Assembly (NCBI GenBank): GCA_963667845.2
Contig: CAXXVL010000002.1
Span: forward strand, 384,001-448,000
Reading direction: 5' to 3'
DNA length: 64,000 bases
Source of the DNA: Smithellaceae bacterium
GTDB lineage: Bacteria; Desulfobacterota; Syntrophia; Syntrophales; Smithellaceae
This document shows, piece after piece, positions 30,250 through 39,676 of this stretch. How positions within the stretch are numbered: position 1 is the first letter of the stretch; each line of letters starts with the position of its first letter. The notes beneath the pieces are model-generated. The model made no database searches. It was given only the letters and a program-made list of their open reading frames with translations, and was not told the DNA's origin. Position numbers and translations under genes: made by a program.

Positions 30250-31614
30250 GAATACGAGCGTCAGCTTATTAATAAGGATGTAATCGTCATTAATGGCATT
30301 GCCCTCCGATGCGCCTTTGAAATACTTGCCGGTAAACAGATAACCTGCGCCCAGCATATACGAAAGGTTGTTCGTGATTTTGTAAGTTGCCGTTAAATCG
30401 AGTTCGTACCCGTAATCGTTATAGAGATAAGCTGTGCCGGGGTCTTTCGGATCAGCCCAGGGTTTTTTGTCGGCGATGGCGTAAGAGACGGACGCCATAA
30501 CATCCAGTTTATCGATCGGCCGCACGCCGCCTCTGACCTGGAAAAACCAGGCATTCGTCATGGGACCGCCATTATATCCGGAAGGATTAAGCGGGGTCAT
30601 AACGGCATTATGACCGAGCTGATTGCCCGCCCAGTAAGTCAAATCACTATTGAAAAGAATCAAGCAGGGGGTCCAATCGCGCCCGCCGTTGATGAGCAGG
30701 CTATTGGCTTCTATTTTGTCCGCCGTTCCGGGGTCGTCGCCGGAAACATACGCGATGCTGCCTCCCACGTAGAATTTGCCGAAATCAGCCGTAGCATCGA
30801 CCCAGGCCGATAAGCTGTCTAATTTTAAATCGACCTGGTCCGTTTCGTATTGCTTCCATTTTCCCCAAAAATAATCCGCTTCCGCCTGAATCTTTACGGG
30901 CCCCAAATTCACGATGGCATAGGGAATCAGTGTATAGAACAGAGCCTTGTAATTTCCGGCCGGTCTGTTTGTCGCATCACGTCCCACCCCGCCCAGGACA
31001 CCTGTTTCGCCGCCCCTCCAGGAATATCTGACTGCCGCGCAATACTTGTCATTGTCGACGTCGGAGGCAGTCACGCCCGGGGTCAGCACCGTGCGGCTGT
31101 TCTCACCCATTTTAACGATTTGCACCGTTACAAACCAGGGGTCCTGTGCATAGCTCCAGGCCACCTTACCCTTGGGACCGGCGCTGTCCGCAAAGACGGT
31201 CCCAAATACATTGTCATTCATATACCCGACACGGAAAATGCCTACAGGCGACATGTATTGAACGTAAGCCCAGTCAAAAGCAATGTTTTCATTTTCGGCC
31301 CTGGTGCCGGCGGATCCTGTGTCAAGAGCGGTGCCGGGAACAAAACGGCTGGCGCCCCAGGCTCTTTTCATAATATCCGCCCGCGTGATCAGCATCAGGC
31401 CCGGATGAATGATGAACGTCGAGTTCAGACGCAGACGCTGAAAATAGAAAGCCGTGCTGGGTCCGTCCGCAGCCGTACCTTTTTTAAATGTCGTCTTGTC
31501 CAGATACAGACCGCCCGCGAAAAATTCACCGCCGACTTTCAAATCCGCGGCCCGGGCTGACGTACTGATGATCAGGCCGAGCCCGAGCAAACAAAAGATG
31601 ATCCCGCGTTTCAT
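30247..31614 (-). CDS. outer-membrane beta-barrel porin-like protein, paralogue 2
   Basis: Signal peptide, alternating aromatic strands, YFQRLRL, DYGYELDLTATYKITNNLSY, C-terminal Phe. Confidence 0.75.
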   Translation of the reverse strand: MKRGIIFCLLGLGLIISTSARAADLKVGGEFFAGGLYLDKTTFKKGTAADGPSTAFYFQRLRLNSTFIIHPGLMLITRADIMKRAWGASRFVPGTALDTGSAGTRAENENIAFDWAYVQYMSPVGIFRVGYMNDNVFGTVFADSAGPKGKVAWSYAQDPWFVTVQIVKMGENSRTVLTPGVTASDVDNDKYCAAVRYSWRGGETGVLGGVGRDATNRPAGNYKALFYTLIPYAIVNLGPVKIQAEADYFWGKWKQYETDQVDLKLDSLSAWVDATADFGKFYVGGSIAYVSGDDPGTADKIEANSLLINGGRDWTPCLILFNSDLTYWAGNQLGHNAVMTPLNPSGYNGGPMTNAWFFQVRGGVRPIDKLDVMASVSYAIADKKPWADPKDPGTAYLYNDYGYELDLTATYKITNNLSYMLGAGYLFTGKYFKGASEGNAINDDYILINKLTLVF

Positions 31615-31724
31615 GTTTTCTCCTTTATTGCATTCGAATTGCTTAAAATAAGACGGTGCCGGAGCGCCGAAGAATTGAGGGAGTGTCTATCATATTTGAA
31701 TTGCATTCGTCAAAAAGAAAACCA

Positions 31725-31761
31725 GAAAAAAGCCCGGCAGGTTTCCCCGCCGGGCCTCTTT
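31725..31761 (-). terminator. terminator between the two porin genes
   Basis: gcccggc...gccgggc hairpin with an A6 run on the plus strand (U-tract on the minus strand). Confidence 0.7.
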
Positions 31762-31816
31762 GTAATCTAGCAGACTAACTCTCTATTGCCTCGCGTCCCC
31801 GTGAGGGGATAAAGGC

Positions 31817-33241
31817 CTAGAAGGTCAGTGTCAGCTTGTTGATGACCAGGAAGTTATTCCGAAGGTCATTGGTGCCAGAAGCATTCACGCCCTTATACCA
31901 GTCGCCGGTGAAGAAATAGCCGCCGCCCAGCATATAGGACAGGTTGTTGGTGATCTTGTACGTAGCGGTCAAATCCACTTCGTAACCGTAGTCTCTGCTC
32001 TGCCACTGGGCTGCCGGGGTCTTGTCGGCATGTGCCCACGAACCGGACAGCATAATGTCCAGCTTGTCGACCGGGCGAACGCCGGCGCGCAGCTGTGCAA
32101 AGTAAGCATTGCTCATTGGAGCACCATTGGCAGTACTGGCAGTTGCTGATTGTCCATAACCTACCTGAGTGCCAGCCCAGTAGGTGAGATCATAGTTGAA
32201 CATGATCAAACAGGGGTTCCAATCGATACCGCCGTTGCTGGCGCCTTCGATTTTATCCGTTGTTGAGGGATCATCGCCGGCGAGGTAAGCTAACGTACCG
32301 CCGACATAGAACATTTTGAAATCAGCCGTTCCATCGATCCAGGCGGCTAGCGAGTTTACAGTCTTGTCGACGATCGCGGGGGGTATCTCACCATCGTCAA
32401 ATGTAATCTTACCATAGAGCCAGATCACTTCGCCCTGCAGAAAAACCGGACCTAACTGAGCTTTAAAGTAAGGCAGGGTGGCAAGCAGTCTTGATCTATT
32501 ACTGGAAATAAGATCGCTTCTGCCATTGGCATTGTTAATATATTTGAACAATAAACCGGCCATACCGGTCTTCCAGGCATAAATGCCGTAAGCGGTGTAG
32601 AAGCTGCTGTCACGGTCCGTCGCCGTCGTAATGTTAGTTGACATATAGCTTAATTCGTTGTTCTTACCGGTCTGCAGGCCCAGGGTGACAGGTCCGCCGC
32701 GGAACATGTAACCGATTTTGCCGGTCGGATTGGAACTGTCACCGAACACGGTGCCCCACGCGCCATCGATCTGGTAACCAGCGAAGAAGATACCGATCGG
32801 TGAAATGTAGGTGATGTAAGCTAAATCGAAGTTGATGTTTTCATTTTCAGCTCTGGTACCGGCGGACGTCAGATCGCCAGCAGATACACCGGCCGTACCT
32901 ATACCGGGAAGACCACCAGTCGGTGCTGATCTTGCGGCGCCCCAGGCTCTTTCCATGATGTCCGCGCGGGTCGTCAAAGTCAGGCCCGGAGAAACAACAA
33001 ACTGCGTGGTCAAACGCAGTCTCTGGAAATAAAAAGCGCTGCTAATGCCAGGCGTTACGTCCTTCGGGAAACCTATCCCCGGGCCCGGCAATGTGTACGT
33101 GTCCTTGTTCAGGGCTGTTTTATCCAAATACAGGCCTGCCGCATAATACTCGCCGCTGAACTTTACATCAACGGCCATCGCTGACGTGCTGAAGGCTACG
33201 ATCAACCCCAGTGACAGCAAAACTAACCAAAATCTCTTCAT
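31817..33241 (-). CDS. outer-membrane beta-barrel porin-like protein, paralogue 1
   Basis: Signal peptide AMA|VD, shared blocks with 30247-31614, C-terminal LTLTF, strong AGGAGG RBS. Confidence 0.75.
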   Translation of the reverse strand: MKRFWLVLLSLGLIVAFSTSAMAVDVKFSGEYYAAGLYLDKTALNKDTYTLPGPGIGFPKDVTPGISSAFYFQRLRLTTQFVVSPGLTLTTRADIMERAWGAARSAPTGGLPGIGTAGVSAGDLTSAGTRAENENINFDLAYITYISPIGIFFAGYQIDGAWGTVFGDSSNPTGKIGYMFRGGPVTLGLQTGKNNELSYMSTNITTATDRDSSFYTAYGIYAWKTGMAGLLFKYINNANGRSDLISSNRSRLLATLPYFKAQLGPVFLQGEVIWLYGKITFDDGEIPPAIVDKTVNSLAAWIDGTADFKMFYVGGTLAYLAGDDPSTTDKIEGASNGGIDWNPCLIMFNYDLTYWAGTQVGYGQSATASTANGAPMSNAYFAQLRAGVRPVDKLDIMLSGSWAHADKTPAAQWQSRDYGYEVDLTATYKITNNLSYMLGGGYFFTGDWYKGVNASGTNDLRNNFLVINKLTLTF

Positions 33242-33379
33242 TTTTTCCTCCTAAGGATTAATAGAGTAAAAAAGTTTTCGCCTCCTTCCCGAAACGGGCA
33301 TTCCCGGAAAAAGGCACCCCTACCTCTGCCTCGTGCATCCTGCGTTCAGTAAATTCCTGACTGCAAAATACACGGCGCG

Positions 33380-33409
33380 AAGCTAGCATCGGCTGATTAC
33401 CCTTGTCAA
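33380..33409 (-). promoter_or_regulatory. sigma70-type promoter for the porin gene
   Basis: Minus strand TTGACA-N18-TAGCTT with an extended -10 TG. Confidence 0.55.
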
Positions 33410-33457
33410 GATTTATTTCCCGACAAGCGAAGCTCGCCTCGCTTATCTAACCTTGCT

Positions 33458-33473
33458 AGCAACTACGGTGCCA
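33458..33473 (-). promoter_or_regulatory. sigma54 (-24/-12) promoter for the porin gene
   Basis: Minus strand TGGCAC-CGTAG-TTGCT with exact GG-N10-GC spacing. Confidence 0.7.
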
Positions 33474-33804
33474 TATTCGAAATGCGTTGCAAAAGGGATC
33501 TGATTCTTGCCGTTTCGTCGGGGCAAAACGGCGCAGCGGACTAGCGGAATCCCGAAACGCAATTTTTGCTTCTGCTGGAAATAATTTAATATATAAGGAG
33601 AGGGGGAACTGCTGACACGATGATCGACCTCACGCGCGAAGTGTGTTAATTTTTACCACGGACCTTGTACCGACCATCACAATTTGGCATTATTTAATGT
33701 CAAAGACCGGGTTCACGTGTTGTTTTTAACACACTCCCGACAAAAATTCACATTGGGCGTCAACCGCCGGCAAAAAAATCCCTGCTGATGAACAAGGCCG
33801 CGCT

Positions 33805-33897
33805 TTAATCCCGTTCACGCGGGACGAGCGTTAATTCCCTGTCGTTTGCAGCGACAGGGAATTTCTTACCTCGACAGCTTGCTGCGAGGTGGTTGAT
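33805..33897 (+). repeat. REP/MITE-like palindromic element, copy 3 (three-hairpin form)
   Basis: tcccg..cggga; aattccctgtcg..cgacagggaatt; acctcg(a)cagc-tt-gctgcgaggt; ends in ggttgat. Confidence 0.8.
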
Positions 33898-34096
33898 CTG
33901 CTCTGGAAATAATGTCGGGAGCTTACCGCAACGGGGTCGTACCGGTGCAGGAACGGCTACAAGGCTTCAGAGCTTGAATATTTTTCATATAGGCAATCCG
34001 TCAATATTCTGATATTAGGAAAGTGACCTTTTAGTCGAGATGCAACGGAAATTGGACAATGAACGGCAATAAAAATTCCTAGTGGAGGTTAAAGCA

Positions 34097-34201
34097 ATGG
34101 GTAAATCCAAAGACATGAAGAAAGATGAAAAGAAGAAACCGGCCAAGTCAGCCAAAGAGAAGAAGGAAGCCAAGAAGCTGAAAAAATCCGGAAAAGAATA
34201 A
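34097..34201 (+). CDS. 34-aa lysine-rich small protein (not in the ORF track)
   Basis: GGAGGT RBS, then ATG; MGKSKDMKKDEKKKPAKSAKEKKEAKKLKKSGKE. Confidence 0.7.
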   Translation: MGKSKDMKKDEKKKPAKSAKEKKEAKKLKKSGKE

Positions 34202-34212
34202 GAAGATAAAAG

Positions 34213-34309
34213 GGTCAAAGGTTTAAGGTTTAAGGTTTAAGGTGCAGGGCTCAAGGAAAAGATCACTCTTTACCTTGTACTTTGTTTCTTGTGCCTTGTT
34301 CCTTGAGCC
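34213..34309. repeat. inverted pair of heptamer arrays (GGNNYAA / TTGNNCC)
   Basis: ggtcaaa (ggtttaa)3 ggtgcag ggctcaa ... ctttacc ttgtact ttgtttc ttgtgcc ttgttcc ttgagcc. Confidence 0.75.
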
Positions 34310-34350
34310 TCATATTTTAAATACCGGATCAAACCCCCATTAGGATACGC

Positions 34351-35961
34351 ATGAAAATAAAATTTCTCGGTGCCGCGAGAACAGTCACCGGCTCGTGTTA
34401 CGTTATTGAAACGGATCAAGCGAGATTTGCCATCGATTGCGGGATGCATCAGGGTTCCGATCAAATTGAAAGACGCAACCTCGATACTAATCTTTACGAC
34501 CCCTCCCGGATCGATTTTTTTATCATTACCCACGCGCATATCGACCACTCAGGGCTGCTGCCGCGCATGACGCAGCAGGGTTTTCGGGGACCCATTTACG
34601 CGACGGAGCCCACCGCCGATCTGCTCAAAATACTGCTTCTGGACAGTGCGCACATTCAGGAGGTGGAAGCCGCCGGCAAAAATAAAAGATTGCTGCGCAC
34701 GGGACTGAAAGCCGAGGCTGTTCCTCTTTATACGACCCAAGACGCGGAGGCTGTCGCGCCGTTTCTCAAAAACATGAAGTATGGCGAAACATTCACTCCG
34801 GCCCCCGGCATCAGTGTCCGTTTTCAGGATGCGGGCCACATTCTGGGCGCGGCCATGGCGGAAGTGTTTATCGAAGAAAATGGGTCAACCGTGAAGCTGG
34901 TTTTTTCCGGCGATATCGGCCGCCCTAATCAGCTCTTAATGAAGGACCCCTGTTCCATGCAGCAGGCTGATTTTCTGTTCATGGAATCGACTTACGGCAA
35001 CCGCAACCACAAGGGCGAACAGGAAAGCCTCGACGAACTGGCCGAGGCCATTCGTTACAGCTACCGTAACGGGGAAAAGGTGATCATCCCGGCTTTTGCT
35101 GTGGAACGAACGCAGGAGATTCTTTATTCGCTTCACCTTCTCTGGCGCGACGGCAAATTGCCGAAAGACATGCCGGTTTATCTGGACAGCCCGCTCGCGA
35201 TCAAGGCGACGGAAATCTTCCGCCACTATGCCTCCTACCTCGACGGCGAAACCCAGGGGCTCATAAAAAACGGCGAAGACCCGCTGAACCTCCCCAATCT
35301 GAAGCTCTCCACCACAACGGCTGAGTCCATCCAGATCAATGAGACACGGGAACCGGCCATCGTGATTTCGGCAAGCGGCATGGCCAATGCAGGACGGATC
35401 AAACACCACTTAAGGCACAACCTGTGGCGGCCCGGAGCCAGCATCGTCTTTGTCGGCTTTCAGGCGGAAGGTACGCCGGGACGAAGAATTGTTGACGGGG
35501 CCAAAAAAATCCGCATTAACAACGAGGATATTGCCGTAGCAGCTAAAGTGTATACCATCAACGGCTTCTCCGCTCATGCCGGCCAGGACCAGCTCCTCGA
35601 TTGGCTCACAGGGTTTCAGACCAAAGGGATGCAGGTGTTTCTGGTCCACGGCGAGTTATCAGCCCAGGAACACCTCGCGGCTTTGATCCGGGAAAAATTC
35701 GGCCTGTCCGTAACCATTCCGGAATACCTGGAAGAAATCGTGCTGCAACCCGGTGCTCTGTTTCAGGAAATCAAGCCTCCTGTCACGGCTGCGCCATCCG
35801 TCGATCTTTCGCCGCTTGTGACCGATTTGAAAACAAAACTTTCGGCGGTCAGCGACAAAATCGGAAAATATCAATCCTTGTCCGTATCCCAGCAGGCCGA
35901 AATCGCCGAGCTGCTGAAACAGGCGGCCCTGAAAATTGATGAAATAAAGAATAAGTCTTAA
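34351..35961 (+). CDS. MBL-fold beta-CASP ribonuclease (YSH1/TTHA0252-like)
   Basis: GAARTVTGS, THAHIDHSG, AGHILG, FSGDIG, MESTYG, PAFAVERTQE, FSAHAG, VHGE. Confidence 0.9.
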   Translation: MKIKFLGAARTVTGSCYVIETDQARFAIDCGMHQGSDQIERRNLDTNLYDPSRIDFFIITHAHIDHSGLLPRMTQQGFRGPIYATEPTADLLKILLLDSAHIQEVEAAGKNKRLLRTGLKAEAVPLYTTQDAEAVAPFLKNMKYGETFTPAPGISVRFQDAGHILGAAMAEVFIEENGSTVKLVFSGDIGRPNQLLMKDPCSMQQADFLFMESTYGNRNHKGEQESLDELAEAIRYSYRNGEKVIIPAFAVERTQEILYSLHLLWRDGKLPKDMPVYLDSPLAIKATEIFRHYASYLDGETQGLIKNGEDPLNLPNLKLSTTTAESIQINETREPAIVISASGMANAGRIKHHLRHNLWRPGASIVFVGFQAEGTPGRRIVDGAKKIRINNEDIAVAAKVYTINGFSAHAGQDQLLDWLTGFQTKGMQVFLVHGELSAQEHLAALIREKFGLSVTIPEYLEEIVLQPGALFQEIKPPVTAAPSVDLSPLVTDLKTKLSAVSDKIGKYQSLSVSQQAEIAELLKQAALKIDEIKNKS

Positions 35962-36148
35962 GGAAAATTTTCCTGATAAGAAAGATGTAGGGAAAGGCTT
36001 CAAAGTGTTCCCCACTTCGTGTAGTGCGTCTAATGCTTCTTTACAGATAATACGTGCTGCATATCACCGATATGTTCAAATCATCACAGAACAAGGGGTG
36101 CAACCACCACTCGCGGGTGGCAAGACCCCTTGTTCTGGTTTAGTGCCA

Positions 36149-36236
36149 CACTACTCACCATCCACTACTCACTATCCACTATCCACCATTCACTATTCAC
36201 TATCCACTATCCACTATTCACTATTCACTATTCACT
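36149..36236. repeat. heptamer tandem array CACYAYY, 12.5 units
   Basis: cactact caccatc cactact cactatc cactatc caccatt cactatt cactatc cactatc (cactatt)3 cact. Supplies the last codons and the stop of the MFS gene. Confidence 0.9.
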
Positions 36237-37444
36237 GAGGTCGTACCTTGTAAATCTTTCCCGAAAATCCAGAAATAAATTGTGCCCCCGAGACCGCAGG
36301 CGAAGGCCGCGAGGAAATTAACTTCAGGCGAAATCTCCCACAGAAAGGCTCCGCCGAAAGCCGCCACGGATACAATGACATCCCGGACCAGATAGTATAA
36401 TCCGAACATGCCTGCTTTTTTGTCTTCCGGCGCCAGATCCATAATCAGGGCCTTGCGCGTGGGCTCGCCGAATTCCTTCAGCCCCCGGACAATAAACGCC
36501 GCGACCATCATCCAGAAACTGTGAGAAAAGAAGATAATGAGTGGAAACAAAGTGAAGTTGAAAAACGTGATGACAACAAACGGCTTTTTGGTGGAGCGGT
36601 CCGCCAGGTAGGCAACGGGAAGATAAACCGCCACAGCGGTCGCCATTTCAATGGCGGTGAGCACACCGAACTGGGCTGCGGTAATGCCGTTGTATTTGAT
36701 GCACCAGACCACGACAAATGCGTAAGGGATCTGCTCGGCAAAGCGAATCAGGATATCGGAAATCAGTAAATTGCGCAGAGCAGGGCTCATATACTGCCAG
36801 AGGCGCGAAGGCCGTTTTTCCGCCTGACCTCTCGCGGGTGTATCAACGATCATCTTCTGCTGAAGGATGATGGAAACGATACCCAGGAGAAAAGCGCCTG
36901 CAAAAGCCAGGCGCACTCCGTCTTTTTCCCCGTAAATGCCGATGAGCACCCCTCCAAAAATCGGACCGAGCGCCATGGGAACTCTCCTAACCAGAGAATG
37001 CAGGGTCACGCCCATCGTGCGTTTGTTTTGCGGCAGGACGTCGGAAACAAGGCTCATCGTGGCCGGCAGAGATATCGCGGACCAGGCCAGAAAGAATAAA
37101 GCGCCGATGATGACCGCCTGCCAGTAGGGAAAGATGATGACGATCGCATATCCGACAAGCGAGATCAGATTGAAAACCAGCAGCGCTTTCTTGTTTCCCA
37201 GACGGTCGCTCAGGTAACCTCCGGGAAACGAGTAAAGCGCCGAAATCAGGTTGGTCACGCCCCCCAGCAGTCCGATGGTCATTGCGCCGCCTCCCAGGGC
37301 CATCAGATAGATCGGCAAAAAGCGTTCGGCCATTCTTTCCCCTAAGCCCACAAGAACCACCATGAGGAGCAGGGCGACAATGCTTTTTTTCAAACCGAAA
37401 AACTCCGCGATTTTCCTTTGACGTGAGGAGGCCGTCATGTTCAC
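36221..37444 (-). CDS. MFS transporter
   Basis: About 12 hydrophobic segments; GYLSDRLGNK motif A and ADRSTKK. Confidence 0.9.
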   Translation of the reverse strand: MNMTASSRQRKIAEFFGLKKSIVALLLMVVLVGLGERMAERFLPIYLMALGGGAMTIGLLGGVTNLISALYSFPGGYLSDRLGNKKALLVFNLISLVGYAIVIIFPYWQAVIIGALFFLAWSAISLPATMSLVSDVLPQNKRTMGVTLHSLVRRVPMALGPIFGGVLIGIYGEKDGVRLAFAGAFLLGIVSIILQQKMIVDTPARGQAEKRPSRLWQYMSPALRNLLISDILIRFAEQIPYAFVVVWCIKYNGITAAQFGVLTAIEMATAVAVYLPVAYLADRSTKKPFVVITFFNFTLFPLIIFFSHSFWMMVAAFIVRGLKEFGEPTRKALIMDLAPEDKKAGMFGLYYLVRDVIVSVAAFGGAFLWEISPEVNFLAAFACGLGGTIYFWIFGKDLQGTTSVNSE

Positions 37445-37450
37445 CGCCTT

Positions 37451-39676
37451 TCAGAAATTGAGCGTCATCAAGCTCGGCCATACGTTTTTATCCGAAGCGG
37501 CGGCTCTGCCTTTCTTTTGCGCCGTTTCGCTTTCAATCATGGAGTCCATCATGTGCAGACAGTTGTTCATGTGCCGGATAAACTCATCCGCCGGAATCAT
37601 TTCGCCGTAGGTTCGGGTAAAAGAGTAAATACACACATCATCTTTCTTCGCGAGCTCGGCAATTTCCAGGGCCAGCCGAATACTCTGTCTTGCTGTTTGC
37701 ATCGCGGTGGCCGTGCGCACCGGCAGAAAATCCCATAAAGCAACGGCATGACAAAAATATATGGTCGGCCGGTAGCTTTGCAGAGAAATGGCGTCGTCAT
37801 GAATCCTCGCCTTGGCGATCATCAGTTTTTCCGTCACGTCATTGAGCACATCTTCCGGCAGATCGGCCCGGCGGAAGCCGATCTGCCAATGAACGTTGAC
37901 GGCAATCTCCCTGCCGATGGACGAAGGCCCCGCAATCGGTTTTCGCGGATTGACAAAAATCTGCTCGTCATTTTTCAAAACGGCGCCAAGCATCCTGACG
38001 CTGTTTAACAAATAGGAAGAGCGGATGCCGGACGGAGAAACAGCGATTGCGTTTTCAAACAAATCCTCCGCCGCATCCAGACACTGATAAACATGGTGTT
38101 TCAAGACGGCAAGTCCTTCTCTATCTGAGGAGATCGTCCGATCCGAGCGGGCATGGCGTAACGCGCACATCGCCTGCGCCATGTAAACGACGGCATACTC
38201 GCAGTAAAAATCCTCCGATTCAGAGGCGCAGTTTTCTTCGATGAAGCGGGCCTCTTTTTTTGCCTGCCGGAACAATGCGCAGGCGGCCTCATAGGTGGGC
38301 GTGGAAAGTGCGATATTGCGCAGGAGAACCATCCGGAGCGTTCGTGCGATCAGATCGTTCGGATTGATCGACAGGACGACCCGCAGAATTTCAATGGCTT
38401 CGGCAAACCGCCGCCGGTAGTACAGCGTTTTCGCGATTTCCAATCCCAAAAGGGAATTGTGCGGAACTTTGAAAAAAGTGGTCACCGCGTTGGGTTCGTC
38501 CCGGTTGTCATCCGGCGCGGATTCGTCGGGCAGCCGCCAGAGCAGATGGTTGAGTTTTTTGACGATGGCCGGGTTGTTCCCCAGGACGGGATCGGCCAGC
38601 AGATCCGACACGAAGTCGAAATACAACGTGCTCCAGACTGCTTCGATCCACCAGATGGCCAGAGATTCGCCGTTAAACAGCGTCGTCTCTGTCGGTTCCG
38701 TGCAAAGGACAACGCGGATGTCATTGACCAGCACGCACTGCCGCGCTACATCGGACAGGCGAATGACCGGATCGTCGGGCAGTTTGGCGTTCAAGAGCGG
38801 CAGGAGATGATTGTCAATGCCGGCGAATTCGCCGACGACGACGGCAATGGACAGAAAGCGGTTTTTGGTGGAATACGCGGACAACGCCCAGCGTATCGCC
38901 ATCTGATGGGCCAGCGACACGGCACTCCTCAGACACTGCCGGTATGCAACCAGATCATCTTCGGATGTCTCTTTCGGAAAATCCACGTACAGCGTGGTGA
39001 TGTCATGCGCCCGGACCTTACCCCAGCGTCCGTAGGAAAACTGGCTGATGGATTGGTCGATGTAAGTCTTGACGGTTTTCTTAAGCCAGCCGAGAATTTC
39101 GTGATCAATGACGTCGCCGCGGCTGTAAAGGGCAAACCCGATGCGCGCGCCTTCCCGATGATTCTCCGTCTGCCTTCCTTCGCGGCAGACCGCGAGAAGT
39201 GTTCCATAGTGCCATTGGGCGGCAATCTCCGGCCGTTCGTGACCCAGCCAAAAGGCCAGACTTCTCAAAACATTTTGTTTGTAGACGGTATCAATCGGCT
39301 CCTTCTTGAGACGGGTCAGCATGGAATTGGTAACCTTAGGGAGCGCAATTTGTTTTTCGGCGAGCAGTTTGTTAATGCGCTCCGTCATCGCACGAAGCGA
39401 GAGATTGAGTTTCAGGTGCTCGTCTTTCTTGTCCAGCAGTTCTTCAAAGTCTATATGCCTGGACAGTTTGAAGGCCGGCCGATGGATCATTTGCCTCGTG
39501 ATAAAATTCTCCAGTAAGGAAACATCGGGCGTCTCGATCAGGCGGGATCGAACGCCGAAAGCCAGGAACGTATCCCGGATCAGGCTGTTGTCGCCGTTTT
39601 GGGAAAACGCCATCCATGCTTCCGGCGTCGGGAAGGCTGACAGAAGCGCTCTTGCGGCTTTATCATTCATCTGCAT
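37451..39676 (-). CDS. hypothetical protein: putative XRE-like HTH, degenerate nucleotide-cyclase-like domain and TPR-like region
   Basis: 741-aa ORF, 6 bp from the MFS gene. IAKTLYYRRRFAEAIEILRVVLSINPND is TPR-like; other domains are by pattern only. Confidence 0.55.
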   Translation of the reverse strand: MQMNDKAARALLSAFPTPEAWMAFSQNGDNSLIRDTFLAFGVRSRLIETPDVSLLENFITRQMIHRPAFKLSRHIDFEELLDKKDEHLKLNLSLRAMTERINKLLAEKQIALPKVTNSMLTRLKKEPIDTVYKQNVLRSLAFWLGHERPEIAAQWHYGTLLAVCREGRQTENHREGARIGFALYSRGDVIDHEILGWLKKTVKTYIDQSISQFSYGRWGKVRAHDITTLYVDFPKETSEDDLVAYRQCLRSAVSLAHQMAIRWALSAYSTKNRFLSIAVVVGEFAGIDNHLLPLLNAKLPDDPVIRLSDVARQCVLVNDIRVVLCTEPTETTLFNGESLAIWWIEAVWSTLYFDFVSDLLADPVLGNNPAIVKKLNHLLWRLPDESAPDDNRDEPNAVTTFFKVPHNSLLGLEIAKTLYYRRRFAEAIEILRVVLSINPNDLIARTLRMVLLRNIALSTPTYEAACALFRQAKKEARFIEENCASESEDFYCEYAVVYMAQAMCALRHARSDRTISSDREGLAVLKHHVYQCLDAAEDLFENAIAVSPSGIRSSYLLNSVRMLGAVLKNDEQIFVNPRKPIAGPSSIGREIAVNVHWQIGFRRADLPEDVLNDVTEKLMIAKARIHDDAISLQSYRPTIYFCHAVALWDFLPVRTATAMQTARQSIRLALEIAELAKKDDVCIYSFTRTYGEMIPADEFIRHMNNCLHMMDSMIESETAQKKGRAAASDKNVWPSLMTLNF

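Noticed and set aside
33500..33570. c-di-GMP riboswitch-like GGCAAA...CGCAA words
   Set aside because: The required GAAA tetraloop stem and P1 pairing are not present.
36149..36236. Possible CRISPR array
   Set aside because: 7-bp tandem units without spacers, and no cas genes in the window.
36005..36321. ORFs with HYSLSTIHY repeats
   Set aside because: Translation artefacts of the CACTATY heptamer array; no RBS.
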